Position numbers and translations under genes: made by a program
Part shown: in pieces, positions 21,013 through 31,185 of the stretch
Position numbering within the stretch: the stretch's first letter is position 1
Layout of the letters: every line of letters begins with the position of its first letter
Assembly: GCA_031414775.1 (NCBI GenBank)
Contig: JANOQI010000048.1
Location: forward strand, 45,232 to 109,231
DNA length: 64,000 nucleotides
Reading direction: 5' to 3'
DNA from: Synechococcales cyanobacterium VAR_4_metabat_354
GTDB lineage: Bacteria; Cyanobacteriota; Cyanobacteriia; Cyanobacteriales; Chamaesiphonaceae
Notes under the pieces: model-generated
What the model was told of the DNA's origin: nothing
The model's database searches: none
The model's input: only the letters and a program-made list of their open reading frames with translations

Positions 21013-22464
21013 ATGAATTCAGAAACAGCGGTAAAAGTAGCTCGGGAGCTATTGTTTCAGCGAGCGATGGTCGATATCAATGGCCAGTGGGGCGGCGCAG
21101 TAGCCGCTATTCCTAGTCAAAGTCAGCAATCTGGGGCAGAATCTAAGCTCAATTACAGCGAGATATTTATTCGTGACAATGTGCCCGTGATGGCCTATTT
21201 GCTGTTGGAGGGCAAGTTTGACGCTGTCAAAAACTTTCTAACTATTTGCTTGCAACTGCAAAGTACCCAATTCCAAACCCGTGGGATTTTCCCTACCAGT
21301 TTTGAAGAAGTTAATGGCAAACTAGTGCCAGACTATGGTCAACGGGCGATCGGACGAGTGGTATCGATCGATGCGACGCTGTGGTGGCCGATTCTTACCT
21401 GGTCTTATGTCCAGCGCTCTCAGGACTTTGAATTTGCCCGCTCTCATGCCGTGCAAGCCGGTCTTAACCGCTTCTTAGATTTAGTGCTCCATCCCGGCTT
21501 TCGCGATGCTCCCACCATCTATGTACCAGATGGAGCATTTATGATCGATCGACCGATGGATGTTTGGGGCGCACCATTAGAAATTCAAAGCTTACTCTAT
21601 GGTGCCATGCTCAGTGCAGCGGGCTTGTTACAGCTCAGTATTAAAAATCAAAAGGGTCGCAGTACTGCGGCTAGTAGCCAAACCGAGCGATTAAAAGCCT
21701 GTTTGACCTGGATCAAACGCCTGCGCCGCTATATGTTAGTGCATTATTGGGTGACCAGTAAGACAGTGCAAGTGCTACGCCGTCGCCCCACCGAACAGTA
21801 TGGCGAATCGATCGAGAATGAATACAATATCCAAACCGAGACAATTCCCCACTGGCTCCAGAAATGGCTAGGCAACCAAGGCGGCTATTTAATTGGCAAT
21901 ATTCGGACCGGCCGTCCCGATTTTCGCTTCTTCACACTAGGAAATTGCCTGGGAGCAATTTTCGATCTAATTACTCCGAACCAGCAACTTTATTTGTTTC
22001 GGATGATTCAGAATAACCGAGCAGATTTGGTGGCCAATATGCCTTTACGGATCTGTCACCCCCCACTAGACGATGCCGATTGGCGCAAAAAGACCGGGTT
22101 CGATCGTAAGAATCTACCATGGTGCTATCACAATGCTGGTCACTGGCCTTGTTTATTATGGTTTTTAGCAGTAGCCATTTTGCGCCATCCACAAGCTGAT
22201 GCTCTAGTTGTACAAGAGGTGCGTAGCCTATTGAATGATTCTTACCAACTAATCTTGAGCCAGCTGCCCCAGCAGCAATGGGCAGAATACTTTGATGGTC
22301 CCACCGGCAACTGGCAAGGACAGCAAGCGCGCATCAATCAAACTTGGACGATCGTGGGCTTCTTATTGGTTCATCATCTATTGCACGAAGACCCGACGGC
22401 AGCCAACTTGTTAGATGTGCCCAATCTCCAAGATTTTCCCGAATTCGACAACATTAAATTATAG
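21013..22464 (+). CDS. alkaline/neutral invertase (GH100)
   Basis: LNYSEIFIRD, DYGQRAIGRV, DGAFMIDR, PLEIQ, YHNAGHWP, WAEYFDG, QTWTI. Confidence 0.94.
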   Translation: MNSETAVKVARELLFQRAMVDINGQWGGAVAAIPSQSQQSGAESKLNYSEIFIRDNVPVMAYLLLEGKFDAVKNFLTICLQLQSTQFQTRGIFPTSFEEVNGKLVPDYGQRAIGRVVSIDATLWWPILTWSYVQRSQDFEFARSHAVQAGLNRFLDLVLHPGFRDAPTIYVPDGAFMIDRPMDVWGAPLEIQSLLYGAMLSAAGLLQLSIKNQKGRSTAASSQTERLKACLTWIKRLRRYMLVHYWVTSKTVQVLRRRPTEQYGESIENEYNIQTETIPHWLQKWLGNQGGYLIGNIRTGRPDFRFFTLGNCLGAIFDLITPNQQLYLFRMIQNNRADLVANMPLRICHPPLDDADWRKKTGFDRKNLPWCYHNAGHWPCLLWFLAVAILRHPQADALVVQEVRSLLNDSYQLILSQLPQQQWAEYFDGPTGNWQGQQARINQTWTIVGFLLVHHLLHEDPTAANLLDVPNLQDFPEFDNIKL

Positions 22465-22518
22465 AAATTTCAGGCTGAATTTCAAGTGCCCGAAGATCTT
22501 TGGGCACTTGCTTTTGAG

Positions 22519-22881
22519 CTAAAACTCGCTGCCGTAATCTGGGCCACTGTTTTCTTGTTGATCGCGCTTAGAACCGAGTAAATCCAATCGATCGACTTTG
22601 ATAATTGGCCGCGATCGATCACTACCAGTAGCACGGTCCGTCCAATTCTCAATTTCCAAGGAGCCTTGAATGCCAATTAATGAACCTTTTTTAACGTAGT
22701 CTGCCGCAATTTTAGCTGTGTTACCCCAAATTTTGAGATTAAACCAGTCTGTTTGCTCATTATTTTTAGAGCGGCGATTAACAGCCATCGTCATCGTGCA
22801 GAGCACGCTCCCAGATTCGTAATACTTAATATCAGGGTCACCACCAACCCGACCGACCAGATGAACTGTATTGAGATTCAT
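22519..22881 (-). CDS. ssb: single-stranded DNA-binding protein
   Basis: LNTVHLVGRVGGDP, TDWF, KKGSLIGIQGSL, acidic tail ending in F. Confidence 0.94.
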   Translation of the reverse strand: MNLNTVHLVGRVGGDPDIKYYESGSVLCTMTMAVNRRSKNNEQTDWFNLKIWGNTAKIAADYVKKGSLIGIQGSLEIENWTDRATGSDRSRPIIKVDRLDLLGSKRDQQENSGPDYGSEF

Positions 22882-23168
22882 AATTATTAGTTTTTTGTAT
22901 TATTGCGATTGCAGCTAGGATTGGATGCAGTGCATTGCTCCAACGCGCTGTAATAAGCTTGGAGTCCAATCTAGGAGGTGCTAATTGCTGAGCTGTAATC
23001 ATAACCAGTACTATCATACCAAATAATTCACTGAATTTATAGCTGGCTAGCTATGAAAGTATTCATTGAAATGACGCAACGTCAGAACACCAAATCCGCC
23101 AGCAATGATTAGAACTGCTGAGGAATGAAACTATAATTAAGAACGCCGCTTAAGTTTAATTACTGCCT

Positions 23169-23789
23169 GTGGATACTCCTCATCATTTGCCTGATTTTCC
23201 GCACATCACGACCATCAGTAGTGCTACCCAGCCACCGGAACAGCCTCAGCCGATAGCCAGGGTTCTAAAAGTTCGACCATTGCAATTAGCAGATTTAGCT
23301 AAAGCCGCAAATGTGATTAGCGATAGTTTTCAGATTGGTGCTGCTTTTGGGGGCTGGCTACGACCATTATTTAAAATTGGTATTTACGAAGATTTGCGCA
23401 ATCGACTAGATGTCCAGCCACCCGATCGGGCGGTTTGTCTGGTGGCCACAATCGGTTCCCAATCAATGGATGTAGTCGGAACGATCGAGATTAGTGCCCG
23501 CTTGCCAATATATAATCCATCGCACCACAAACGATATCTCTATATTTCTAACTTAGCAGTAGATGATGGCTACCGCTGCTTAGGAATTGGCCGAGAATTG
23601 GTCACTCAGTGTGAATCGATCGCCAAAAAGTGGGGATTCACCGACATTTACTTACATGTCATGGCTGATAACCTGGCTGGGAAACATTTATATGCTCGCT
23701 TGGGCTTTGAAATATTAAGCAGCGATCAACCTTGGCATATATTTCCTTGGCACCGCCCACAGAGATTATTTCTACGTAAGCGTTTGTAG
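23169..23789 (+). CDS. GNAT-family N-acetyltransferase
   Basis: YISNLAVDDGYRCLGIG, LHV...N...LYARLGF. Confidence 0.88.
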   Translation: MDTPHHLPDFPHITTISSATQPPEQPQPIARVLKVRPLQLADLAKAANVISDSFQIGAAFGGWLRPLFKIGIYEDLRNRLDVQPPDRAVCLVATIGSQSMDVVGTIEISARLPIYNPSHHKRYLYISNLAVDDGYRCLGIGRELVTQCESIAKKWGFTDIYLHVMADNLAGKHLYARLGFEILSSDQPWHIFPWHRPQRLFLRKRL

Positions 23790-23851
23790 GGTCAGTTTGT
23801 TACAATGGGCACAGACTGCATTTCGGCAATCGTAGGTTCGCTGTAAAGATC

Positions 23852-24439
23852 ATGCAAGATAATTGTCGTTGCTCAGGTTGTGCTGGTATTGACCGGCGTC
23901 AGTTCCTCAAATACTTGGTTGGTACCGCATCTTTAGTTGCCATCACAGCAGTTAATGCTCTACCGGCGCAAGCTGATAAAAAATTGCCCAAAATGCCCAA
24001 AGCATTGGTACTAAGCTGCATCGATTATCGAGTGCTAGAAGCAGAACGATATTTCTTGTCGTTACAAAATTTGGGTAACCTTTATGACATGACGGCTCTA
24101 GCTGGCTCCTCGCTGGCTTTGAGTGGGGTGCCACATCAAGCCGATGCCATGGCTTTTTGGGATCAACTAGATATTTCTTACCGACTGCACCATATTAAGA
24201 AAGTGATTATCTTAGATCATCAAGACTGTGCCGCTTTCGCCTACAAGATCAATCCTCAACTCAGCGACGATCCCAAATTAGAGTTGCAGACCCACCAAGA
24301 ATCCATGAGTCGGGCGTATTGGGCAATTCGGGATAAATATCCAGATCTGAATATCGAACTATATTTTGTCAGCTTAAATGCTGATGTGAAGTCAATAGAA
24401 CCCCTCGCTAAACCATCGGCAGCCACCAATACAGCTTAG
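23852..24439 (+). CDS. Tat-exported beta-class carbonic anhydrase-like protein
   Basis: RRQFLK twin-arginine signal; LSCIDYR and HQDC metal-ligand motifs. Confidence 0.75.
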   Translation: MQDNCRCSGCAGIDRRQFLKYLVGTASLVAITAVNALPAQADKKLPKMPKALVLSCIDYRVLEAERYFLSLQNLGNLYDMTALAGSSLALSGVPHQADAMAFWDQLDISYRLHHIKKVIILDHQDCAAFAYKINPQLSDDPKLELQTHQESMSRAYWAIRDKYPDLNIELYFVSLNADVKSIEPLAKPSAATNTA

Positions 24440-24572
24440 GTTTGATCAAGTTTCCGTCCTTAAGTTTTCGGAAACGCTAAAATTGAAGTTAAGTGTTTCA
24501 ATCAGGGAATGATGTAATTAAAGCATTGCCATCATGCTGATATCTAGGTAAGAGCATCCATTATTAAAAGCT

Positions 24573-26450
24573 ATGAATCAAAGTTCTTCCGTTCGACCAA
24601 CCAGCCGTCAATTAGCCCCTCTATGGCGGGTCGGTGCTGCTTTACTAGTTGCTCAAGGATCTTTATGGGCAAGTCCAGCATTGGCCATCAAAGAAGTTAA
24701 AGCCCAGGCTTACAGCTATGGAGAACTACTCAAAGATATTGATGCTAACCCGACCAAGGTTGACAAAGTCGATATCGAAGATAGCCGCCGCTTGTTGCGA
24801 GTCACCTTGAAAGGAGAAACTGGTAAGCCACGCGAAATAACTTTATTTGATAGCAAGGATGACAACAAACAGTTATTCAATGGCACAAAGTTCTACGAGA
24901 GAATGAGCAAAAGTGGAGTGATATACGATTCTCCGCGTGTGGTAGACAATTCTGGCTGGTACAATCTCCTGCTCAATTTGTTGGTGGCTGGAGTATTGGT
25001 GGTGGCAATATCGCTAATTATCCGGCGTTCGGCTAATTCCTCTGGTCAGGCCATGAGTTTTGGGAAGTCCCGTGCTCGCTTTCAGATGCAAGCTAAGACC
25101 GGTGTGATGTTTGATGATGTGGCTGGTATTGACGAAGCCAAAGAAGAACTGGCTGAAGTTGTGACATTCTTACAACAGCCCGAAAGGTTTACCACATTAG
25201 GAGCAAAGATTCCGAGAGGAGTATTATTAGTTGGTTCTCCAGGTACTGGTAAAACAATGCTGGCGAAGGCTATTGCGGGCGAAGCGGGAGTACCTTTCTT
25301 TAGTATTTCCGGTTCGGAATTTGTGGAAATGTTTGTGGGGGTTGGTGCTTCTCGCGTGCGGGATTTATTTAAAAAGGCCAAGGAAAATGCGCCCTGTATT
25401 ATTTTCATTGATGAAATTGATGCGGTCGGTCGGCAGCGCGGAGTAGGCTTAGGTGGTGGTAGTGATGAGCGGGAACAGACTCTCAATCAGCTGCTGACCG
25501 AAATGGATGGTTTTGAGGGTAATTCTGGTGTTATTGTGATTGCGGCAACTAACCGCCCAGATGTTTTAGATACGGCGTTGCTGCGGCCTGGTCGGTTCGA
25601 TCGACAGGTAACAGTAGATTTGCCAGACCTAAAGGGCCGGCTAGCAATTTTGACAGTCCATGCCCAAACCAAGAAAATGGCTGAAGAAGTATCTTTGCCA
25701 GAAATAGCCCGGCGGACGATCGGATTTAGTGGTGCCGATTTGGCCAATTTACTCAATGAAGCGGCTATTTTCACCGCCCGTCGCCACAAGAGCGAAATTT
25801 CCATATTAGAAATTAATGATGCGATCGATCGGGTGATTGCTGGTATGGAAGGCAAGGCAGTGATGGATGGGAAGTTCAAGCGCCAGACGGCTTATCATGA
25901 AATTGGTCATGCGCTGCTGGCTACACTGATTTCTGATAATGACCCAGTGCAAAAAGTAACAGTAATTCCTCGGGGTGGGGCGATCGGCACTACTTGGTCT
26001 ACCCCGCGTGAGGAAGAAGGTTTAGACAGTAAATCTAGATTAATGGCCAAAATTACGATGATCTTAGGAGGCCGAGCCGCTGAGGAGATTGTTTTTGGCG
26101 ATGATGAAGTCGATACTGGCGCAGGCAGCGATATCCAGAACCTGACTCGCATTGTGCGGGCAATGGTTTCCCAAGTGGGGATGTCCAAACTGGGGCTAGT
26201 AGCTTTAGATACTGATCACAAAGAATACTCCGAAGATATCGCCGCTCAGATCGATCGAGAAATGAGATCGATCATCAAACAGTGTCATCAAAAAGCCCGG
26301 CAAATATTAGAACAGCATCGCTGGCTAATGGATATTTTAGTAGATATACTAATTGAACAGGAATCGATCAATGGTGAAGAGTTTCGGCAAATTGTCGATC
26401 GATCGCTAGCCCAACATTCCCAACCAACTCCTGTGGTCGGGGCGATCTAA
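24573..26450 (+). CDS. ftsH: ATP-dependent zinc metalloprotease FtsH
   Basis: [29 protein letters not shown] zinc site. Confidence 0.97.
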   Translation: MNQSSSVRPTSRQLAPLWRVGAALLVAQGSLWASPALAIKEVKAQAYSYGELLKDIDANPTKVDKVDIEDSRRLLRVTLKGETGKPREITLFDSKDDNKQLFNGTKFYERMSKSGVIYDSPRVVDNSGWYNLLLNLLVAGVLVVAISLIIRRSANSSGQAMSFGKSRARFQMQAKTGVMFDDVAGIDEAKEELAEVVTFLQQPERFTTLGAKIPRGVLLVGSPGTGKTMLAKAIAGEAGVPFFSISGSEFVEMFVGVGASRVRDLFKKAKENAPCIIFIDEIDAVGRQRGVGLGGGSDEREQTLNQLLTEMDGFEGNSGVIVIAATNRPDVLDTALLRPGRFDRQVTVDLPDLKGRLAILTVHAQTKKMAEEVSLPEIARRTIGFSGADLANLLNEAAIFTARRHKSEISILEINDAIDRVIAGMEGKAVMDGKFKRQTAYHEIGHALLATLISDNDPVQKVTVIPRGGAIGTTWSTPREEEGLDSKSRLMAKITMILGGRAAEEIVFGDDEVDTGAGSDIQNLTRIVRAMVSQVGMSKLGLVALDTDHKEYSEDIAAQIDREMRSIIKQCHQKARQILEQHRWLMDILVDILIEQESINGEEFRQIVDRSLAQHSQPTPVVGAI

Positions 26451-26827
26451 TGTTCGAGATTTTCCCCTTTACCTTTGTGATCCACCCCCAGCAAATAGCT
26501 GGCACTGCCCTCTGGTCGGTGGCCTGCTACTGGACTTTCTCGCCATTAAACGACTGGTTTATGTGGCGATTACAGCAGTGGTTTAACTTTGCAGAACGCT
26601 CTCTTTACACCTCAGAAAAAGAGTTTGAGCGCACGCGGGTCGGGAGAGAATCGCAAAATGCTTTTTTTGCCTCCATGTTAAGCATCGTGCCCTTTTTGCT
26701 CATGGGTAGCGTGTTGCATTACCTGATCGAAATTTCTTTGGGAGCCAGCTGGCCAATTAGCCTGGGCATCATGGGCTGTGTCCTAGGAGGAATTTATGAA
26801 CTTGGTAGGCAACAGAGTGCAGAATAG
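26450..26827 (+). CDS. conserved cyanobacterial membrane protein
   Basis: Hydrophobic helices; AERSLYTSEKEFERTR and YELGR motifs; start overlaps ftsH stop. Confidence 0.75.
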   Translation: MFEIFPFTFVIHPQQIAGTALWSVACYWTFSPLNDWFMWRLQQWFNFAERSLYTSEKEFERTRVGRESQNAFFASMLSIVPFLLMGSVLHYLIEISLGASWPISLGIMGCVLGGIYELGRQQSAE

Positions 26828-26857
26828 GATTAGGAAACAAGGATTTATACAATTGCC

Positions 26858-27829
26858 ATGAGCAGTGATTTTAAAGATTATTATTCGATTCTGGGCGTGG
26901 CCAAGAATTCCAACAGCGAGGATCTTAAGAAATCCTATCGGCGTTTAGCTCGTAAATATCACCCTGATATGAATCCTGGTGATAAAAGTGCCGAAAATCG
27001 TTTTAAGGAAATAACCGAAGCCTATGAAGTGTTATCCGATGCCGATAAACGCCGCCGTTATGATCACTTTGGCCAATATGTAAATCAACCCGGTAGCAGC
27101 CGCAGTACCAGTGCATCGGCCAGTAACCGGGGCAGCTATACTCCGACCCCAGACATGGGGGGGTATGATTTTGCCAACTATGGTAGTTTTGATGATTTTT
27201 TGAATGAATTATTGGGGCGAGCGAATAATCCTGGCAGTCGCCCAGCCGCTAATCGCCAAGAAAATACGACCAATGTTTCTACTAGCAGCAATGGCGATCG
27301 AGAAGCGAATATTAGCCTGACTTTGCTAGAAGCATTTAAGGGCGCGGAGAAATCTTTTAATATTGGCAACGAAAATATTAAAATTCGGATTCCTCTAGGC
27401 GCAAAACCGGGCAGTCGAGTGAGAGTACGCGGTAAAGGTGGCATCAACTCTTTTAGTAAGCAGCGCGGCGATCTGTATCTCACTATTGCGATTAAAAATA
27501 ACGATTTTTTTCAATTTGAAAAAGACAATCTAATTTGTGAACTGCCCGTTAGCCCAGAAGAAGCTGTCTTGGGAGCACATATTCAAGTGCCCACTCTCGA
27601 CGGGGTAGTGACGTTGAATGTACCAGCTGGAGTGCAATCAGGGCAGTCTTTACGCCTGCGCGGCAAAGGTTGGTATAACGCCAAAGGCGAACGGGGTGAC
27701 CAGTTGGTAAAAGTGCAAATTGCCACACCCAAAAAAATCACCAATAATGAAAAAGAGCTATACGAAAAATTGCGATCAATGCGCAGCTCTGATCCGCGTC
27801 ATAATTTTAGCCGGGTAAAGTTCCAGTAG
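26858..27829 (+). CDS. DnaJ/CbpA class B co-chaperone
   Basis: DYYSILGV, HPD motif, G/F region and DnaJ_C, no zinc finger. Confidence 0.93.
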   Translation: MSSDFKDYYSILGVAKNSNSEDLKKSYRRLARKYHPDMNPGDKSAENRFKEITEAYEVLSDADKRRRYDHFGQYVNQPGSSRSTSASASNRGSYTPTPDMGGYDFANYGSFDDFLNELLGRANNPGSRPAANRQENTTNVSTSSNGDREANISLTLLEAFKGAEKSFNIGNENIKIRIPLGAKPGSRVRVRGKGGINSFSKQRGDLYLTIAIKNNDFFQFEKDNLICELPVSPEEAVLGAHIQVPTLDGVVTLNVPAGVQSGQSLRLRGKGWYNAKGERGDQLVKVQIATPKKITNNEKELYEKLRSMRSSDPRHNFSRVKFQ

Positions 27830-27920
27830 GGTGCAAGAAGCTCCAGGGGTAAGTGCAGCTTTTCGACAATTGGAGCGCCAGCCAATAAAATAGAGCTAGT
27901 TGTTCAGGGGTCTGTTTCTC

Positions 27921-29069
27921 ATGCCATCACCATCTGCCGATGATCACTCCCCAGCCGCTGGTGGAGCTGCCGGTCAAGAACCTCAGTCCCGCACGGGTAA
28001 GTTTTTACAGGGCATCTTTAAGCGGACAGAGCCGAATGCAGCAGAGCTGCCCACCAATACCCCTGCCTGGGAACCGTCAGTGCCGGAGTTAATTCAGGTG
28101 GTACCGGAGGCTAGTAACTGGGATGATGGAGAAGAGAGCAATTGGGATGATGATGACTCGATCGATCAGCTGATGCCGACAGTACCTCAGCCAATAGTAT
28201 CCGAGCCAGTTGCCGCTGAACCAGTGATCGCCGCAGTGGTCGGAGCACCAACACCAGAAATAATTAGCACCCCGCCACCACCACCTTCAACGTTTTCAAC
28301 ACCCCCACCAGCACCAATAATGACGGAGATGCCTACACCACTGGAGCTGGACAAGGACAATCCCACGATTAGTGTGAACATCCCGCGTCCCAAAAACATT
28401 AAATATAAAACCAAAGATCCGCAGACCAATGCAACAAAAGCATCGGCAGTTGATAAAATTGATAAAGCGGAACCGATCGAATTCAATGTCAAGCGGCCGA
28501 CCACCATCAAATATAAAGCGAAGCCAGTGGAGCAGCCCAGTTGGAGCGAGAAAATACTGACTCCTGGTCGCGAGTTGTGGCGTAAGATGCTGAAGTTGGG
28601 AGATGTGATTCCGACTCAGCTCACGGAGAATCCTAAAAAAATCTTGGGCATCTTAGCAGCGGTTTTACTATCGATCGTCACTTCTTGGGTGGTGGTCAAT
28701 TTTTGGCCGAGTCAGTCTCAAGAAGCAGCGCAATCACCGGCTATTACTAGTGCGGCCACTGTCCCAATTAGTCCAGAAGAAACCTTGATCACTGCCGTTC
28801 GATCGCAGTTCAGTACTTTAGCCAGCCAATATCCCACCGGTTTAATTAGCAATTTGGAGCTAGATAATGAGCGGCAACTGGCGATCGTCACATTAGGAAA
28901 TCTGTGGGCTAGTCTGACAGTTAACCAGCAGCAGCAAGTTGCCCAGAGTTTATGGCAGCAAGCGCGGGTTTATCAGATGGCGAAGGTGGAAATGCGATCA
29001 AGTAATGGCAACCTGTTAGCGCGTAGCCCGGTGGTTGGTTCCGACATGGTGATTGTGTCCAACTGGTAA
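27921..29069 (+). CDS. Pro-rich single-pass membrane protein
   Basis: Low-complexity N-terminus, one TM helix, C-terminal LLARSPVVG motif seen in cyanobacterial hypotheticals. Confidence 0.75.
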   Translation: MPSPSADDHSPAAGGAAGQEPQSRTGKFLQGIFKRTEPNAAELPTNTPAWEPSVPELIQVVPEASNWDDGEESNWDDDDSIDQLMPTVPQPIVSEPVAAEPVIAAVVGAPTPEIISTPPPPPSTFSTPPPAPIMTEMPTPLELDKDNPTISVNIPRPKNIKYKTKDPQTNATKASAVDKIDKAEPIEFNVKRPTTIKYKAKPVEQPSWSEKILTPGRELWRKMLKLGDVIPTQLTENPKKILGILAAVLLSIVTSWVVVNFWPSQSQEAAQSPAITSAATVPISPEETLITAVRSQFSTLASQYPTGLISNLELDNERQLAIVTLGNLWASLTVNQQQQVAQSLWQQARVYQMAKVEMRSSNGNLLARSPVVGSDMVIVSNW

Positions 29070-29195
29070 TTCAATAGAATATAACTACTTTGTCTCTTGG
29101 CCACAAAACTAGGCAAGTGACTTTGTTTTTCTCCCCAGACCCAGGATTTGCATAATACAATGGATCTTGATTTCAGCTAATTTCTAGATATCTTC

Positions 29196-29486
29196 ATGGA
29201 TGACGCATTTAGCCCGACTCCCCCGGCTTGGACTGGAGAAGCCACCCATGCCCATACCTTCGCTTGCCCTCAATGTGCAGCTAGTGAAAAAGAGGCCGAT
29301 CGAGTATGGGTCAATCGCCGTGCCCCAGTCACACTAGAAAGCCGACGGCGCAAGTGGCAAGAGTTTTATCATTGCAGCTGTGGCAAAGTTTGGTGGGCTT
29401 GGAGCGACGATCGAGAACCCAACGAATATGCCGATCGTCAGCCCCCTACCAGCAACGACTTTGACAATTTTTACGGTTATTTTTAA
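29196..29486 (+). CDS. small conserved Zn-ribbon-like protein
   Basis: CPQC...HCSC; RRKWQEFY, WWAWS. Confidence 0.75.
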   Translation: MDDAFSPTPPAWTGEATHAHTFACPQCAASEKEADRVWVNRRAPVTLESRRRKWQEFYHCSCGKVWWAWSDDREPNEYADRQPPTSNDFDNFYGYF

Positions 29487-29503
29487 AGCTGGATATTTTA
29501 CAT

Positions 29504-30256
29504 ATGCTGATGAAATGGCGAGAGATAGCCGGGAATTGGGTTTATCTACCCGATCGACCGCGCGCAATAGTCCACTTCTTGGGTGGTGCCTTTGTGGCTA
29601 CCGCCCCCCAGATAACTTATCGATTTCTGCTAGAAGACTTGGCCGAACAGGGCTATGGCATTATTGCTACCCCCTTTTTCAATACCTTTGACCATTATGA
29701 GATTACCGAGCAGGTCTATCGCAGTTTGGAACGAGTGATCGATCGATTACAACTGCAATCACTACCGATCTATGGTGTTGGCCACAGCATGGGTTGCAAA
29801 GTGCATTTACTGATCTGTAGTCAGTACGATGTTCAAAGAGCCGGTAATATTTTTATCTCCTTCAATAATTTTTCGGCCAAAGATGCGGTACCACTGCTTA
29901 ATCAAATACCTAGCGAATTTGGCGTGGAGTTTACGCCCAGTCCCGAGCAGACCTTGGATTTGGTGGATAAATATTACAATGTCCGCCGCAACCTGATTGT
30001 TAAATTTCGGGATGACAACATCGATCAGTCTTACACTCTAGAACGTACCCTGAAGCCCTTGTTTCCTGGCATGACCACGCTCCAAAACCTTAGCGGTAAT
30101 CATCTAACTCCTTTAGGACAAGATGTCCAATGGCAAGCTGGTTCAATGTTTACACCTTTTGATGCGATCGGACAGTGGTTGAAGCAAGAAGTTTATAAAG
30201 ATTTGCATCAACTAAAGCGCGAAGTAAACCGCTGGCTCAATCCCAGTCTGCTCTAA
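29504..30256 (+). CDS. DUF1350 alpha/beta hydrolase
   Basis: HFLGGAF, GHSMG, GNHLTP. Confidence 0.85.
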   Translation: MLMKWREIAGNWVYLPDRPRAIVHFLGGAFVATAPQITYRFLLEDLAEQGYGIIATPFFNTFDHYEITEQVYRSLERVIDRLQLQSLPIYGVGHSMGCKVHLLICSQYDVQRAGNIFISFNNFSAKDAVPLLNQIPSEFGVEFTPSPEQTLDLVDKYYNVRRNLIVKFRDDNIDQSYTLERTLKPLFPGMTTLQNLSGNHLTPLGQDVQWQAGSMFTPFDAIGQWLKQEVYKDLHQLKREVNRWLNPSLL

Positions 30257-30287
30257 ATTCTGTATAATCAATTCTCACCCAACCATC

Positions 30288-31070
30288 ATGCGTGAACCGC
30301 TTATCCAACTCCGGGGCATCTCCAAAAAATTTGGGGATAATGTCATCCTTGATGGTGTCGATATCGATATTTACAAGGGCGAAGGACTGGGAATCATTGG
30401 TCCTTCCGGTACCGGTAAATCGACGGTATTGCGGGTAATTGCCGGTCTATTGGCTCCCGATGAAGGCTCTGTCTATATTCAAGGTCAAAAACGCCGGGGC
30501 ATGATTGAGGACAGCAATGATCCGATCTACATTGGCATGGTGTTTCAACAAGCCGCACTATTTGACTCCTTGACGGTGGAGGAAAACGTTGGGTTTCGGA
30601 TGCTGCAACAAAGTCGCCTTTCCCGCCGCCAAGTACGAAAGCTGGTTGAAGCCAAGCTAGATCTGGTGGGAATGCATGGGGTGGCTGATCGCTATCCCGA
30701 TCAACTATCAGGGGGCATGAAAAAACGAGTCAGTTTTGCCCGCGCAATTATGTCTAACCCCGATCGACCAGAAGACAACCCCGAAGTCTTGCTCTACGAC
30801 GAACCAACCGCCGGTCTCGATCCGATCGCTTCCACCGTCATCGAAGACCTAGTGCGGAATCTCCAGCAGGTAGAGGGCGGCTGTCAAACCCATGTGATGG
30901 TGACTCATCAAGACAGCACTATTCGGCGGACGACCGATCGAATTATTTTCTTGTACCAAGGCAAAGTGCAATGGACAGGGCGCACCAAAGATATTGATAA
31001 AACCAACGATCCGGTAGTCCGACAATTTTTCAGTGCCAGTACCGAAGGTCCGATTCGAGTAATTGGCTAA
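30288..31070 (+). CDS. mlaF: MlaF/TGD3-type ABC transporter ATPase
   Basis: GPSGTGKS, LSGGMKKR, YDEPTAGLDP; adjacent to mlaD. Confidence 0.9.
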   Translation: MREPLIQLRGISKKFGDNVILDGVDIDIYKGEGLGIIGPSGTGKSTVLRVIAGLLAPDEGSVYIQGQKRRGMIEDSNDPIYIGMVFQQAALFDSLTVEENVGFRMLQQSRLSRRQVRKLVEAKLDLVGMHGVADRYPDQLSGGMKKRVSFARAIMSNPDRPEDNPEVLLYDEPTAGLDPIASTVIEDLVRNLQQVEGGCQTHVMVTHQDSTIRRTTDRIIFLYQGKVQWTGRTKDIDKTNDPVVRQFFSASTEGPIRVIG

Positions 31071-31185
31071 ATGGCTGGGTTAAATGGCGGATGTTTTATC
31101 AAACTAGCAATCAGGCTAAAATAGAAAATAGATACAATGTTTACAGCCGATACAAGTTTTAGCCTCGATCGAGGTGAGGTAGTTA

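Noticed and set aside
25082..26188. Chain of antisense ORFs within ftsH, and similar short ORFs inside other long genes
   Set aside because: Shadow frames of well-supported genes, with no independent motifs.
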